From the NCBI GenBank assembly GCA_005768725.1, contig VAFM01000002.1, positions 438,512-502,511 on the forward strand: a DNA stretch of 64,000 nt, in the 5' to 3' direction. Positions 1 to 9,743 of the stretch are shown here, in pieces (position 1 is the stretch's first letter; the number at the start of each line of letters is the position of its first letter). The position numbers and the translations under genes are program-made. Source of the DNA: Blastochloris viridis. Lineage in GTDB: Bacteria > Pseudomonadota > Alphaproteobacteria > UBA2136 > UBA6156. The notes beneath the pieces are model-generated. The model saw nothing but the letters and a program-made list of their open reading frames with translations, was not told where the DNA came from and searched no databases.

Positions 1-778
1 TGTCCAGCAGGCGGCTCACATCCTTGGCCGAGATATCACCCACCACGGCAATGCGCAGGTTGGCCTTGGTAAAATAACGGTCGTGCCAGGCACGCGCATC
101 GGCCTCATTCAGGCTCGCCACCGTGGTCAGGGTACCGTCACCGCCATTGGCGTAAGCGTGGTCGCCATACACGGCCGGGCGGAACAGACGCCACGCCACG
201 GTACTCGGATCTTCATCCCCCTGACGGATATCCGCCAGCAACGCATCGCGCATGCGGGCCACGGCATCGGCGTCATAACGCGGCGCATTCACGGCCAGGC
301 CCATCAGCTCAAACGCACGTTCCTTGTGCTCGCTCAAGGTGGTCAGATTGATCCCGAAATCCTGCATATCGGTATTCGCGCCAAAACGGGCACCAATAGC
401 GTCCAGTTCTTCACGGAAGGCCTTGGCGTCGTACTCACCGGCACCTTCATCGGTCAGCGCGGCGGTAAACTGGGCCACACCCTGCTTGTCCTTGTGTTCC
501 AGCATGGCACCGGCTCTAAAATTAAGCTCCACCGCCACCATCGGCAGTTCCGGGGCATTGATCAGCCATACATGCAGCCCTTTCGGGGTGACGATGTCCT
601 GAATCTTGCTGCTGTCAAATCCGCCGGAAACCGCGGCCTGCGTCTGGTCTTGGGTCATGCTTTTCTCGCTTACATTAAGGGGAGTTGTCGGGGCGCAGGC
701 GCTCATCGCCCAACCTGCTGCAGCCATCAGTACGCCCGCCGTCAGGCCACGCACTTTGTTGCTATGTGTTTTTATCAT
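1..778 (-). CDS. M16-family peptidase-like protein, non-catalytic type (5' part only; gene runs off the left edge)
   Basis: My own minus-strand translation from ATG 778 gives MIKTHSNKVRGLTAGVLMAAAGWAMSAC (lipobox-like), then ...ELNFRAGAMLEHKDKQGVAQFTAALTDEGAG..., which is M16 N-domain-like but has no HxxEH. The frame is open to position 1. It is absent from the ORF track because there is no stop in the window. Confidence 0.7.
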   Translation of the reverse strand, partial: MIKTHSNKVRGLTAGVLMAAAGWAMSACAPTTPLNVSEKSMTQDQTQAAVSGGFDSSKIQDIVTPKGLHVWLINAPELPMVAVELNFRAGAMLEHKDKQGVAQFTAALTDEGAGEYDAKAFREELDAIGARFGANTDMQDFGINLTTLSEHKERAFELMGLAVNAPRYDADAVARMRDALLADIRQGDEDPSTVAWRLFRPAVYGDHAYANGGDGTLTTVASLNEADARAWHDRYFTKANLRIAVVGDISAKDVSRLLD

Positions 779-834
779 TCGGTAACCCCCGTTTACCGGC
801 GCATCCTAGCCCGAAATAAGGCTCCGAGGCAATC

Positions 835-1713
835 TTAAGCGGCACCCACAGCAACCAAAATAGCGCCAGCAAGAAGAAGTACCCCACCCCACCAGTTCGT
901 ACGCTCGTTATGCGCGTAATAACCATGGATCGCCAGCCACAGTGCCGAAAGCATCGTAATCGCCCCCACATACCCAGGGTTGGGCGCTAATGCCAATGCC
1001 AGCAGAAACACACTCAGGCTCACCATCAGAATCGCCCCGAACAGCGCACTCAACAGCACCTCGCGCCGGGTCGGTACAAAGCGCCGGGTCATCATCAAAC
1101 CCACCGCACAGCCGATGCTATTCGTCATGGCCAGAAACGCCGTGGCACTGCCCACCACGCGCCACACATCACCGCTCGGCGCCTCCAGCGCATATTTAGC
1201 CACCACATCCCCGATCGCCAGCAGCACCGCCACCGGCACGATCGCCAAAATCGCCGCCTTGCTGGCATCGTTCCGGCGCAGATGCGTAAACGCATAAACG
1301 CACGCGGCAAAGCCCGCCGCCACCAGCACACCGCGCCACGGCACCGCCGCCAGCAGCGTCACACTCGCCGGGTCCAGCAGGCCCCACAGCACAAACCCCA
1401 GCAGCATTTTCATCGGAATATACAGCGCGGTCAGCCGCCCGCCATGCTTGGCCGCAGCATCAAACAAAAGCTTGTCAGAGAGCGCCAGCAGCACCCCCAT
1501 CGCCAGCGCAATCATATAAAACGCCGGCGTCTCCGGCCACGGCAATACCAGATACGATGCCACCGCCAGCGGCGCCACACCCAGCCAGCGCAGCACGACA
1601 AGCTTGCCGCCATCCACCTTGGCATAATGGTTGAACCCGACGATCACCGCCCCGCAAAAACTGAACACCAGCGCCAGAACAGGCCACAGCGGAAAAGCAG
1701 ATGGCAGATCCAT
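835..1713 (-). CDS. Polytopic membrane protein, possibly DMT/EamA-like (paralog 1)
   Basis: 292-aa ORF that is hydrophobic throughout. It is paralogous to the upstream ORF (HGGRLTALYIPMKMLLGFVLWGLLDP vs HNGRVAILYVPLKAVLVFVLWAIIDP). Its ATG overlaps the upstream stop (TAATG at 1713). Confidence 0.6.
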   Translation of the reverse strand: MDLPSAFPLWPVLALVFSFCGAVIVGFNHYAKVDGGKLVVLRWLGVAPLAVASYLVLPWPETPAFYMIALAMGVLLALSDKLLFDAAAKHGGRLTALYIPMKMLLGFVLWGLLDPASVTLLAAVPWRGVLVAAGFAACVYAFTHLRRNDASKAAILAIVPVAVLLAIGDVVAKYALEAPSGDVWRVVGSATAFLAMTNSIGCAVGLMMTRRFVPTRREVLLSALFGAILMVSLSVFLLALALAPNPGYVGAITMLSALWLAIHGYYAHNERTNWWGGVLLLAGAILVAVGAA

Positions 1714-2615
1714 TACGACACCAGATACATCAGGATGATTGCCGCCGCGACGACCACAGTCCCGGCCATCGGGTTGGCGTCGTCCTTAATGCCCGCATAG
1801 CGGTGGTACACCAGCAGCCACACCGGCGTGAGCATGATCACCATGCTCGCATAGGCTGGGCTGGGCGCCAGTACCAGCGCCATGAAGAAGCACACCTGAT
1901 TCCCCATCTGCCCCAACGCCGCACGGAACGCACTGGTCACCAGTTTCGGCGTGTAAAACGGCAGTTCCGGCTTGGGGCGGAACGGATAGATCATCAGACT
2001 GACCAGCGAACTGGTCGCGGTCATCAGGAACAGGAAGATCAGCAAACGCTGGTGCAGCACCTCCGGCGTAATGCTCAAACGCGCCAGAATATCGCCCACA
2101 CCGTACAGCACCACAATCGGCATCACCGCGCGGAAACTGCTCCAGCTCACGTCGTTCTTGCGAAACTCCGCCAGCGCCGCGATCATGGTGCCAAGGCACA
2201 CCATCACACCCATCGTCACCAGCGGTTTGTCCATCACATGGTGGCGCGCCACGGGATCGATGATCGCCCACAGCACAAACACCAGCACGGCCTTCAGCGG
2301 CACGTACAGAATCGCCACACGGCCATTGTGCTTGTTGGCCAGGTCGTTCTGAATGGTAAAACCGACGATCATCGACACCCCGCCGAAGAACGCCACGGCA
2401 TAGAACGACCAGTCCGTCGGCCACGGGTTAAGAAGCGTCAGCGGCAACCAGAATCCCGCCGTCATCGCCGAGCGCCAGAAGTTCAGCCGGAACCCCTCCT
2501 GCCGCGCACGGCGGTTCACTTCCACGTTCTGGGCAGCAAGCAGGCTGCTGGCAAGGGCCAGTACAAGCCACAGCCACGGCCAGGTCAGCACGGGCAGGTC
2601 AAGAGAATCGGGCAC
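1713..2615 (-). CDS. Polytopic membrane protein, possibly DMT/EamA-like (paralog 2)
   Basis: 300-aa hydrophobic ORF with a GTG start at 2615. It shares the FRKNDVS/LRRNDAS and LAPSPAY/LAPNPGY blocks with its neighbour. Confidence 0.6.
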   Translation of the reverse strand: MPDSLDLPVLTWPWLWLVLALASSLLAAQNVEVNRRARQEGFRLNFWRSAMTAGFWLPLTLLNPWPTDWSFYAVAFFGGVSMIVGFTIQNDLANKHNGRVAILYVPLKAVLVFVLWAIIDPVARHHVMDKPLVTMGVMVCLGTMIAALAEFRKNDVSWSSFRAVMPIVVLYGVGDILARLSITPEVLHQRLLIFLFLMTATSSLVSLMIYPFRPKPELPFYTPKLVTSAFRAALGQMGNQVCFFMALVLAPSPAYASMVIMLTPVWLLVYHRYAGIKDDANPMAGTVVVAAAIILMYLVS

Positions 2616-2693
2616 GGTATGGGTCTTTCCACTAAAAAAGGGGCTGAAGCACAGGCTTCATCCCCTCTTTGTAGCAGCGAAACGGCCGGTTAC

Positions 2694-4097
2694 CTACTGA
2701 TCTTTGGTCACCTTCAGTTTTCCAAGCTGGGCGGTGTTGCCCGCCAGCACGGCCAGCGTGCGGCTTTCGGGTTTAAGGTACTTCCGCGCCAGCGCATTCA
2801 CGTCAGCCACGGTCAGGTCTTCCAGCTCATCCTGCCAGCTATTGAAGTCCGCGATCTTGCCACCCACGGTCACCCACATACCCAGGCGGTACAGGCTCGT
2901 GAACGGATCATCACGGGCATAAATTTCATCCGCCTTCAGGCTCACCTTGGCGCGCTCCAGCTCGGCATCGGTCACGCCGTTGGCCAGCAGCTCATCCACC
3001 AGCTTCTGCACGGCGTCACCAATCTTATCCGCCGGCACGGTCTCCTTCGGCTGAACCGACAGGTCAAACGTACTTTCCCCCGCACGCACCACGTCGTACT
3101 GCGCGCTGGCGCTGTCGGCGAGCTGCTGCTTCACCACCAGCTCCTGATACAGACGCGCGGTCGAGCCGCCGCCTAAGATCTCGGCCAGCACCCACAAACC
3201 GGTCGCTTCACCCTTCACAACCGGTGCACCGGCCACGCCCTGAAACTGGCTCGGCGTGCGGTACATCGCGGTCCAGCTCGCCACCTGCACCTGCGGATCA
3301 ATCTTGATGTACTCCAGCGGCGTGCTGCGCAGCGGTTCCACCGGCACCACACGGGCGGGCACGTTCTCGCGGGCCAAACGTCCGTAGTACTTCTCTGCCA
3401 GCGGCTTCACCTGCTCGGCGGTCACATTCCCCACCAGGATCAGCGTCGCGTTGTTCGGCGCATAGTGGGTCTTGTACCAGTCGATGGCGTCTTCAAACGT
3501 GTAGCCCTGAATATCCGCACCCCATCCAATGATCGGGTGACCATAAGTATGGTGAATGTAATGGCGACGCATCACCTGTTCAAAAAAGCGGTCGCTCGGG
3601 TCGCTGTCGGTGCGCAGTTTGCGCTCTTCCGCCACCACATTGCGCTCGGGCTGGAACACCGCATCCGAAAGCTGCAGGTTCTCCATACGGTCGCTCTCAA
3701 TGTCCATCATCGGCTCAAGCTCGGTTACCGGAATCTTCTCGTAGTAGGCCGTAAAATCGTAGCTGGTGAAGGCGTTCAGCACACCGCCCTTACGCTGCAC
3801 CATCTTGTCCATCACACCCGCCGGGTAGGTCTTGGTGCCCTTGAACATCAGGTGTTCGGTCATGTGGGCCAGGCCGGTTTTGCCGGGTTTTTCGTCCATG
3901 CTGCCCACGTTGTACCACACGCTGTGGGTTACCACCGGTGCACGGCCGTCATGCACCACCACCACCTTCATACCGTTCTCAAGCGTAAAATCCTGAATAT
4001 CCATCTCAGCGTATCCTTTATTCGCAAATGTCATGCTTCCCAGCAGCAGCAGGGCGCCCATGGCGCCCCGCATGCCGAAATTCAAGCCGAAGCTCAT
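2694..4097 (-). CDS. M16 (pitrilysin) family zinc protease, catalytic type
   Basis: 467 aa with an N-terminal signal-like segment. The inverted zinc motif HMTEH (HxxEH) is followed by the typical FKGT context. Confidence 0.9.
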   Translation of the reverse strand: MSFGLNFGMRGAMGALLLLGSMTFANKGYAEMDIQDFTLENGMKVVVVHDGRAPVVTHSVWYNVGSMDEKPGKTGLAHMTEHLMFKGTKTYPAGVMDKMVQRKGGVLNAFTSYDFTAYYEKIPVTELEPMMDIESDRMENLQLSDAVFQPERNVVAEERKLRTDSDPSDRFFEQVMRRHYIHHTYGHPIIGWGADIQGYTFEDAIDWYKTHYAPNNATLILVGNVTAEQVKPLAEKYYGRLARENVPARVVPVEPLRSTPLEYIKIDPQVQVASWTAMYRTPSQFQGVAGAPVVKGEATGLWVLAEILGGGSTARLYQELVVKQQLADSASAQYDVVRAGESTFDLSVQPKETVPADKIGDAVQKLVDELLANGVTDAELERAKVSLKADEIYARDDPFTSLYRLGMWVTVGGKIADFNSWQDELEDLTVADVNALARKYLKPESRTLAVLAGNTAQLGKLKVTKDQ

Positions 4098-4105
4098 AGC
4101 CGCGT

Positions 4106-4555
4106 CTACTCGTCGTCCGACTGTCCGCCGAACCAGCGGCCGAACAGGCCCTTCTTGGCCTTGGCCTCTTCACGGGCCTGCAGTTCTTCAGGCGTGACCA
4201 CACGCAGATCTTCGCGCACGCTCGGGTCAGCAACCACGCCTACCTGCTGGCTGGTCTGCTTCACAAGCCAGTCGTCACCGGCCGGAACAGCCCCAGCCGA
4301 CGGCGCCACAGCGGTTGCACTCACACCGGTGATCAGGCTCTGGGCTTCCACGGTCTTCTGGGCGCGCAGCACGCTTTCATAATCGGCGGCTTCACGGGGC
4401 GGACGCAATTCATACTGCGGCGGCAGCGCCAGCGTCGGGCCATCGATAACCTGCGTTTCATCCGGCAGGCTTTTGCCCATCAGTTTACCGGCACTGTTGC
4501 CGCAGGCTGCCAGCAGCAACGCTGTTGCCACCATGGCTATCTGCACTTTACGCAT
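4106..4555 (-). CDS. Small lipoprotein (DUF3035-like)
   Basis: MRKVQIAMVATALLLAACGN has a lipobox. I chose the ATG at 4555 over the track start at 4597. It lies directly after lspA. Confidence 0.65.
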   Translation of the reverse strand: MRKVQIAMVATALLLAACGNSAGKLMGKSLPDETQVIDGPTLALPPQYELRPPREAADYESVLRAQKTVEAQSLITGVSATAVAPSAGAVPAGDDWLVKQTSQQVGVVADPSVREDLRVVTPEELQAREEAKAKKGLFGRWFGGQSDDE

Positions 4556-4599
4556 GAGAGGAATCCCCTTTTCTTGAAACTGGTTTATTGAGCGCAATA

Positions 4600-5076
4600 C
4601 TAAGCACGTTGCCGCCAGCTGTCCAGCAGCAGCATCACCACACCTACCGTAATCGCGGCATCGGCGATATTGAACGTGAACGGGAACATCCCGTTCGGAT
4701 TGAACAGTAGAAAGTCAACGACCGCACCATGCTGCACGCGGTCTACCACGTTGCCAACGGCACCGCCGATCAACATACCGAGACCCCACTGGTGCATCCA
4801 GCGCGTGCTTTCGCCCAGCCAGTGAACGAACCAGACGCACGCAGCGACCGCCACAGCACCTAATACCCACGGTCCCCAGGCCACGTCATTGAGCAATGAA
4901 AAACTCATGCCCCGGTTCCACGCGAACCGGAATCCCACCTCACCCGGCACCAGCCACAACGGCAATGTACCGGCGGTTTCAGCAGCCAGCGCCCAGGCCT
5001 TGCTGGCATAGTCCAGCAGCAGCGCCACTAGCGCCACAGCCAGACCACTCTGGCGCACCATCAGATAGGCCTTCAT
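4600..5076 (-). CDS. lspA: Lipoprotein signal peptidase (signal peptidase II)
   Basis: Contains ...FNIADAAITVGVVMLLLD and the WNRGMSFS block. I chose the internal ATG at 5076 (MKAYLMV), which lies 1 nt after the stop of the upstream ORF and gives the usual size of about 158 aa. Confidence 0.85.
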   Translation of the reverse strand: MKAYLMVRQSGLAVALVALLLDYASKAWALAAETAGTLPLWLVPGEVGFRFAWNRGMSFSLLNDVAWGPWVLGAVAVAACVWFVHWLGESTRWMHQWGLGMLIGGAVGNVVDRVQHGAVVDFLLFNPNGMFPFTFNIADAAITVGVVMLLLDSWRQRA

Positions 5077-5077
5077 C

Positions 5078-5788
5078 TTAGTCGCGTGCATCGTCATCGT
5101 CCTCTTCGGCTTCTTCAATAATCTCGGGCAGATACACGATCGGAACAGAGGTCTTCATACCCTCCGGTACTTCGGGAAAGATCTGCGCCATGCTCACGGT
5201 ACTGGTCTTGTCCACCACCTGCATGGTCTCCGCGCTCCAGCGGCCGTATTCATCACCGATGAGCGCATCCAGATCACGCTCAATGCCGCGCGTCGCCACG
5301 TAAAAATTCTCGCCCAGTTCTTCCACGTAGGTGTCATGCGCCTGGTCAAGCAGCAGCATGGCGCTGCCCAGCAGCTCCAGCGCGCTGTCGTCGTCCACGT
5401 CAAAACTGCGGGCGATCTCGGCCCACTCCGCCATCATTTCACGGTCCACCGGCAGGTCAAAGGTCAGGCCGTCCCCGCTTTCCGAAAGTTCGGTCTGCGC
5501 TTCCGCAATGGCGCGCTCGGGGTGCCAGCCGCTTAATGTGGAAAGCTCGCCGATCTGATAATGCGGCATCATTTCCACGCCGCGCGCATCGCGTACCTGC
5601 ACCACCACAAGGCGGCACTTTTTGGCACGCACGGCCATCAGCCAGCGCCAGTGCCAGTAGGCATGCTCCATGGCTTCGCCCACGGCACGTGCCAGCGCGG
5701 CATCATCAGCTTCTTCCCAGCCTTTCAGGCAGATCTCCAATACGCGGGAGGGCAGGAAGACTTCCTTCGTTTCAATCTCGGGTGCCAA
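5078..5788 (-). CDS. Hypothetical acidic protein
   Basis: 236-aa ORF with no family I recognise. Its C-terminus is EEAEEDDDDARD. The TTG start lies 3 nt after the ileS stop and its stop lies 1 nt before the lspA ATG. The start codon is uncertain. Confidence 0.55.
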   Translation of the reverse strand: MAPEIETKEVFLPSRVLEICLKGWEEADDAALARAVGEAMEHAYWHWRWLMAVRAKKCRLVVVQVRDARGVEMMPHYQIGELSTLSGWHPERAIAEAQTELSESGDGLTFDLPVDREMMAEWAEIARSFDVDDDSALELLGSAMLLLDQAHDTYVEELGENFYVATRGIERDLDALIGDEYGRWSAETMQVVDKTSTVSMAQIFPEVPEGMKTSVPIVYLPEIIEEAEEDDDDARD

Positions 5789-5791
5789 AAC

Positions 5792-8686
5792 CTAAGCGGC
5801 TCCTTGTTGGGTTTTGCGGTCTGCAACGGCTTCGTCACAGCGCAAGCATAGGCCGGATTGCTCCACCTTCCCATAGTAACGCCAGCAACGTGGGCACTTA
5901 TGTCCATCATGTTTGGCCACGCGCAAATCTGAACCTGTGTTCACACGGCTCACACCCAGCACTTCGCGCACCAGTTCGGCATCCGTACCCGCATCGGCCA
6001 CGGTAACATCCGCCTCGGTATTGGCCCCGATGCCACCGGCCGCACGCAGCTTTTCAAGCTCGCTGTTCACAGCATCGCGCATGTCAAACAGCGCATTCCA
6101 GCGGCTGGTATCCACCGTCACCTCCGGCACAGTCTGGAAACGCTCCAGATGCACGCATGCGCTTTCACCATAACGCTCGCGCCAGGCTTCATCAGTGGTG
6201 AACGGCATCACCGGCGCCAGATGCGTCACCAGACCACGGAACACCTGCACCAGCACGGCCAGCGTCGCGGTGCGAGTCGGGCTGGTCGCGGCGTCGCAGT
6301 ACAAGACGTCCTTGCGCACATCAAAGTAGAAGTTCGATAGCTCGGTACCGCAGAACTCATACAGCGCGCGGTAACCCTTATGGAACTGGTACGCATCGTA
6401 ATGCGCGCGTACCTCACCTAGCACGGTACCCAGGCGGTGCAGCATGTAACGCTCCAGCTCCGGCAAGGCCTGCACATCAAGCGGCATATCCTCAACACCG
6501 TTCAGGGTGCCCAGCAGCCAGCGGAAGGTATTGCGGAAACGACGGTACGCATCGGCCATGGAATCCATGATCTGCGGGCTGTAACGGATGTCCTCGCTGT
6601 AGTCGGTCGATGCCACCCACAGACGGATGATATCCATCCCGTACTTTTCCATCAGCTGGTGCGGCTCAACGCCGTTGCCCAGGCTCTTGGAGAACTTACG
6701 GCCTTCACCGTCCACCACAAAACCGCTGGTCACCACGTTCTCATACGGTGCATCGCCATAATTGGCCACGCTGGTCAGCAGCGCCGAGTGGAACCACCCG
6801 CGGTGCTGGTCAGAGCCTTCCTGATACAGATCGGCCGGACGCTTGCCGTCTTCGCGGTGGAAACGCTGCCCCTCGCCGCTCTCGGCACGCAGCACGTGGG
6901 CATGAGACGTCCCGCTGTCGAACCACACATCCAGAATATCCGTCACCGGCTCCACATCGGCCACGGTCAGGCCACGGCTTTCCAGCCAGTTGGCCGGGAA
7001 GAGTTCTGCCACACGGCCGCTTTCGATGCGGCTGTCCCACGCATCAATGGTCTCGGCTTCAATCAGCTTGGCCACATGCTCAAATACGGCCGGGTCGGTC
7101 ACCAGACCCTCCGTCACGCCGTCAATGCCGGTCTTCTTGACCATGAAGATCGTGATCGGCACACCCCACGCACGCTGACGGGAAATACACCAGTCCGGGC
7201 GGTTCTCGATCATGCTGCCGATGCGGTTCATGCCGTACTCCGGCACCCAGTTCACCTTGCGGGCCTCATGGCCTTTGCCGTCCTTGCCGTAGATGCGTGC
7301 CAGGCTGGCATCGCGCAGCGAAATTTCCAGCTCCGGCTGCTCGGCGATCAAACCCTTGATCGGTTTGTCCAGCGTCACGAACCACTGCTCGGTGGTGCGG
7401 AAGATCAGCTTTTCTTTGGAGCGCCAACTCACCGGGTAACTGTGCTGGAAGTCCTTGGCGGACAACAAACGGCCATTCGCTTCAAGCTCCGCCAGAATCT
7501 TCTTCTGCATCGGCCAGATAAGCTGACCCTCGATGCTCTCACCGGTCACGGGCAGATTGGGCGTACCCTTCACGTACTTGCCGGCACCATCCACCGGACA
7601 GACAAGCTCCAGCCCGAACTGCTTGCCGATCTGGAAATCTTCCGCGCCGTGCGCCGGTGCAATATGCACCAAACCGGTCCCGGCATCAGTGGTCACATGG
7701 AAGCCCTCAACAACAGGCTGCAAGGTGTCATACAGCGGGTGCTTGTACTGCCAGCCCACCAGCTGTTCACCGCTGCGGGTTTCCATCTCTTGCGGCAACA
7801 CACGTCCCACGGCACCACGGAAGCTGTCCGCAAGCTCTTTGGCTACCCAGAACGACTCATCAGCCGTACCCAGACGCACATACGTCTCATCCACCTTCAC
7901 CGCCACAGCCCGGTTGGCCGGCAGCGTCCACGGCGTGGTGGTCCAGATCACCAGATGCTCATTATCCCGACCGACGATCGGCAGGGCCACATACACAGCC
8001 GTGCTGGTCACGTCCTTATACTCAACTTCCGCTTCCGCCATGGCGGTCTCTTCGGCCCAGCTCCACTGGGTGCTGCGCAGGTTCTTCTCTACCAGACCAC
8101 GTGCCACCAGCTTGCCCAGCTCGCGCACAATCCCGGCTTCGTTCTTCGGCGCCATCGTCAGGTAAGGGTGTTCCCAGTCGCCAAGGGCCCCAAAGCGCTG
8201 CCAATCGGCCTTCTGCACGTCCACCCACTTCTGGGCGTAGGCACGGCAGCGCGCGCGCAGTTCGGTCTTGGAAATATCATGCTTGCTCTTGCCCTCGGCG
8301 CGCAAATCCTGCTCCACCTTCCACTCGATCGGCAGACCGTGGCAGTCCCAGCCCGGCGCATACGGGCTGTAAAAACCGGCCATGAATTTGCTGCGCACCA
8401 CAAAATCCTTCAGGGTGTAGGTCAGCGCGTGACCCATGTGCATGCGGCCGTTGGCATAGGGCGGGCCTAAGTGAACGATATACACCGGCGCCTTTTCCGC
8501 CAGACGCGTGCGGCACAGTTCGTTGTAAACATCGTTGTCCAGCCAGCGCTGTACCCAGCCCGGCTCACGCTGGGCAAGCCCGGCGCGCATCGGAAACTCC
8601 GTCTTCGGCAGATGAAGCGTGTCGCTCCAGGCGTTCTGCTCGGGCTTTTCGGCTTTTTTACTCACAGCATTTAGGGCTTCGGACAC
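5792..8686 (-). CDS. ileS: Isoleucyl-tRNA synthetase
   Basis: 964 aa. PPYANGRMHMGH (HIGH region), KFSKSLGN (KMSKS) and a C-terminal CPRCWRY...CLRC zinc knuckle. GTG start. Confidence 0.97.
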   Translation of the reverse strand: MSEALNAVSKKAEKPEQNAWSDTLHLPKTEFPMRAGLAQREPGWVQRWLDNDVYNELCRTRLAEKAPVYIVHLGPPYANGRMHMGHALTYTLKDFVVRSKFMAGFYSPYAPGWDCHGLPIEWKVEQDLRAEGKSKHDISKTELRARCRAYAQKWVDVQKADWQRFGALGDWEHPYLTMAPKNEAGIVRELGKLVARGLVEKNLRSTQWSWAEETAMAEAEVEYKDVTSTAVYVALPIVGRDNEHLVIWTTTPWTLPANRAVAVKVDETYVRLGTADESFWVAKELADSFRGAVGRVLPQEMETRSGEQLVGWQYKHPLYDTLQPVVEGFHVTTDAGTGLVHIAPAHGAEDFQIGKQFGLELVCPVDGAGKYVKGTPNLPVTGESIEGQLIWPMQKKILAELEANGRLLSAKDFQHSYPVSWRSKEKLIFRTTEQWFVTLDKPIKGLIAEQPELEISLRDASLARIYGKDGKGHEARKVNWVPEYGMNRIGSMIENRPDWCISRQRAWGVPITIFMVKKTGIDGVTEGLVTDPAVFEHVAKLIEAETIDAWDSRIESGRVAELFPANWLESRGLTVADVEPVTDILDVWFDSGTSHAHVLRAESGEGQRFHREDGKRPADLYQEGSDQHRGWFHSALLTSVANYGDAPYENVVTSGFVVDGEGRKFSKSLGNGVEPHQLMEKYGMDIIRLWVASTDYSEDIRYSPQIMDSMADAYRRFRNTFRWLLGTLNGVEDMPLDVQALPELERYMLHRLGTVLGEVRAHYDAYQFHKGYRALYEFCGTELSNFYFDVRKDVLYCDAATSPTRTATLAVLVQVFRGLVTHLAPVMPFTTDEAWRERYGESACVHLERFQTVPEVTVDTSRWNALFDMRDAVNSELEKLRAAGGIGANTEADVTVADAGTDAELVREVLGVSRVNTGSDLRVAKHDGHKCPRCWRYYGKVEQSGLCLRCDEAVADRKTQQGAA

Positions 8687-8838
8687 GGGAAATTCTTTCG
8701 TCTACATCATCTGGGGTACATGTGGGATAGGCGCCAAACCTACCGAAAAAGCTGGCGTTTCGCAACCCCCTGTGGCAAAATAGGGACGTAAATACCAAGG
8801 ACCATCCCGACATCATTCCGACCAGAGGAGGAACCGAA

Positions 8839-9204
8839 ATGAATGTCTTTTCCCGCTTTCGTAAAATCACTGAAACCGGACCGCCATCCATGATCGTGAA
8901 CCCGTTGATGAAGGCCGAACAGGCCGTCACACGCCAGCGACTGGAACGCCTGACCGACGACGAGCGACGCCTCATCAACGACGCCCTGGACATGCTGACA
9001 TGGGAGGAACTGGAAACCCTTATTCCTGAATCCAATCTCAACCCGACATCCAAAGCCCGTATCGACATGGAAAATACGGTCTTTTACCTTCAGGACAAAG
9101 ACGATGACGCCGCAAGAACAACGATCCGGCTGCTCCAGCAGCTTGGCCTGCACACCGCCACCTTTAAACGGCCGGACTTCCGCTTCGAAGGCCGCAAAGT
9201 CTAA
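8839..9204 (+). CDS. Hypothetical protein
   Basis: 121-aa ORF preceded by a strong SD (GAGGAGG, then 8 nt, then ATG). No recognisable family. Confidence 0.6.
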   Translation: MNVFSRFRKITETGPPSMIVNPLMKAEQAVTRQRLERLTDDERRLINDALDMLTWEELETLIPESNLNPTSKARIDMENTVFYLQDKDDDAARTTIRLLQQLGLHTATFKRPDFRFEGRKV

Positions 9205-9713
9205 AGGGAGCGTAAACGACTCGAGCTCACCACCCCGGCTTCATCCGTTAACAACGGTACAGCCAGGGTGGTGAATTCTGTCCGTGCCTTGAGGGTCGTC
9301 ACATCACCCGCCGCCTTGTGCCCGAAACGGAAGTTCTCGCCCACACATACGCCTTTTGCGCAAAGCCAGCCCACCAGCACATCGTCCATAAACCGTGCAG
9401 GAGACCACCCCGCCACATCCAGACTGAAATCCACCACTGCCACACCGTCCACCTCGGCAAAGGCCAGACGCTGGGTCTTCTCCTCCAGCGTGGTCAGGCG
9501 CTTCAGCGGCACGTCGGGGCGCAGAATACTGCGCGGATGCGGCTCGAACGTCAGCACCACCAGCGGCAGGTGCCGCCACTGCGCTTCGGCCCGCGCCAGC
9601 GCCAGCAGGTGCCGGTGGCCTTCGTGCACGCCGTCAAAATTACCGATGGCCACCACACATCCACCCTCACAGGGCACACTTTGCGGAAAATGCACACGCC
9701 AGACCATACACAT
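9201..9713 (-). CDS. ribF: FMN adenylyltransferase (FAD synthetase) domain protein lacking the riboflavin kinase half
   Basis: GNFDGVHEGHRHLL nucleotidyltransferase motif. The ORF ends at ...VVSSSRLRSL, which is about where bifunctional RibF continues into its kinase domain. Confidence 0.7.
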   Translation of the reverse strand: MCMVWRVHFPQSVPCEGGCVVAIGNFDGVHEGHRHLLALARAEAQWRHLPLVVLTFEPHPRSILRPDVPLKRLTTLEEKTQRLAFAEVDGVAVVDFSLDVAGWSPARFMDDVLVGWLCAKGVCVGENFRFGHKAAGDVTTLKARTEFTTLAVPLLTDEAGVVSSSRLRSL

Positions 9714-9743
9714 CACTCGTCATTGAAAGAAAAAAGAAAAAAC

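Noticed and set aside
1701-3176. 491-aa plus-strand ORF rich in R/H/Q
   Set aside because: It lies antisense to the two membrane-protein genes and the M16 gene. Its low-complexity Arg/His/Gln composition is typical of shadow ORFs in GC-rich DNA, and the opposite strand carries recognisable proteins.
6437-8470. 677-aa plus-strand ORF
   Set aside because: It is antisense to ileS, which has unambiguous class-I synthetase motifs, so it is a shadow ORF.
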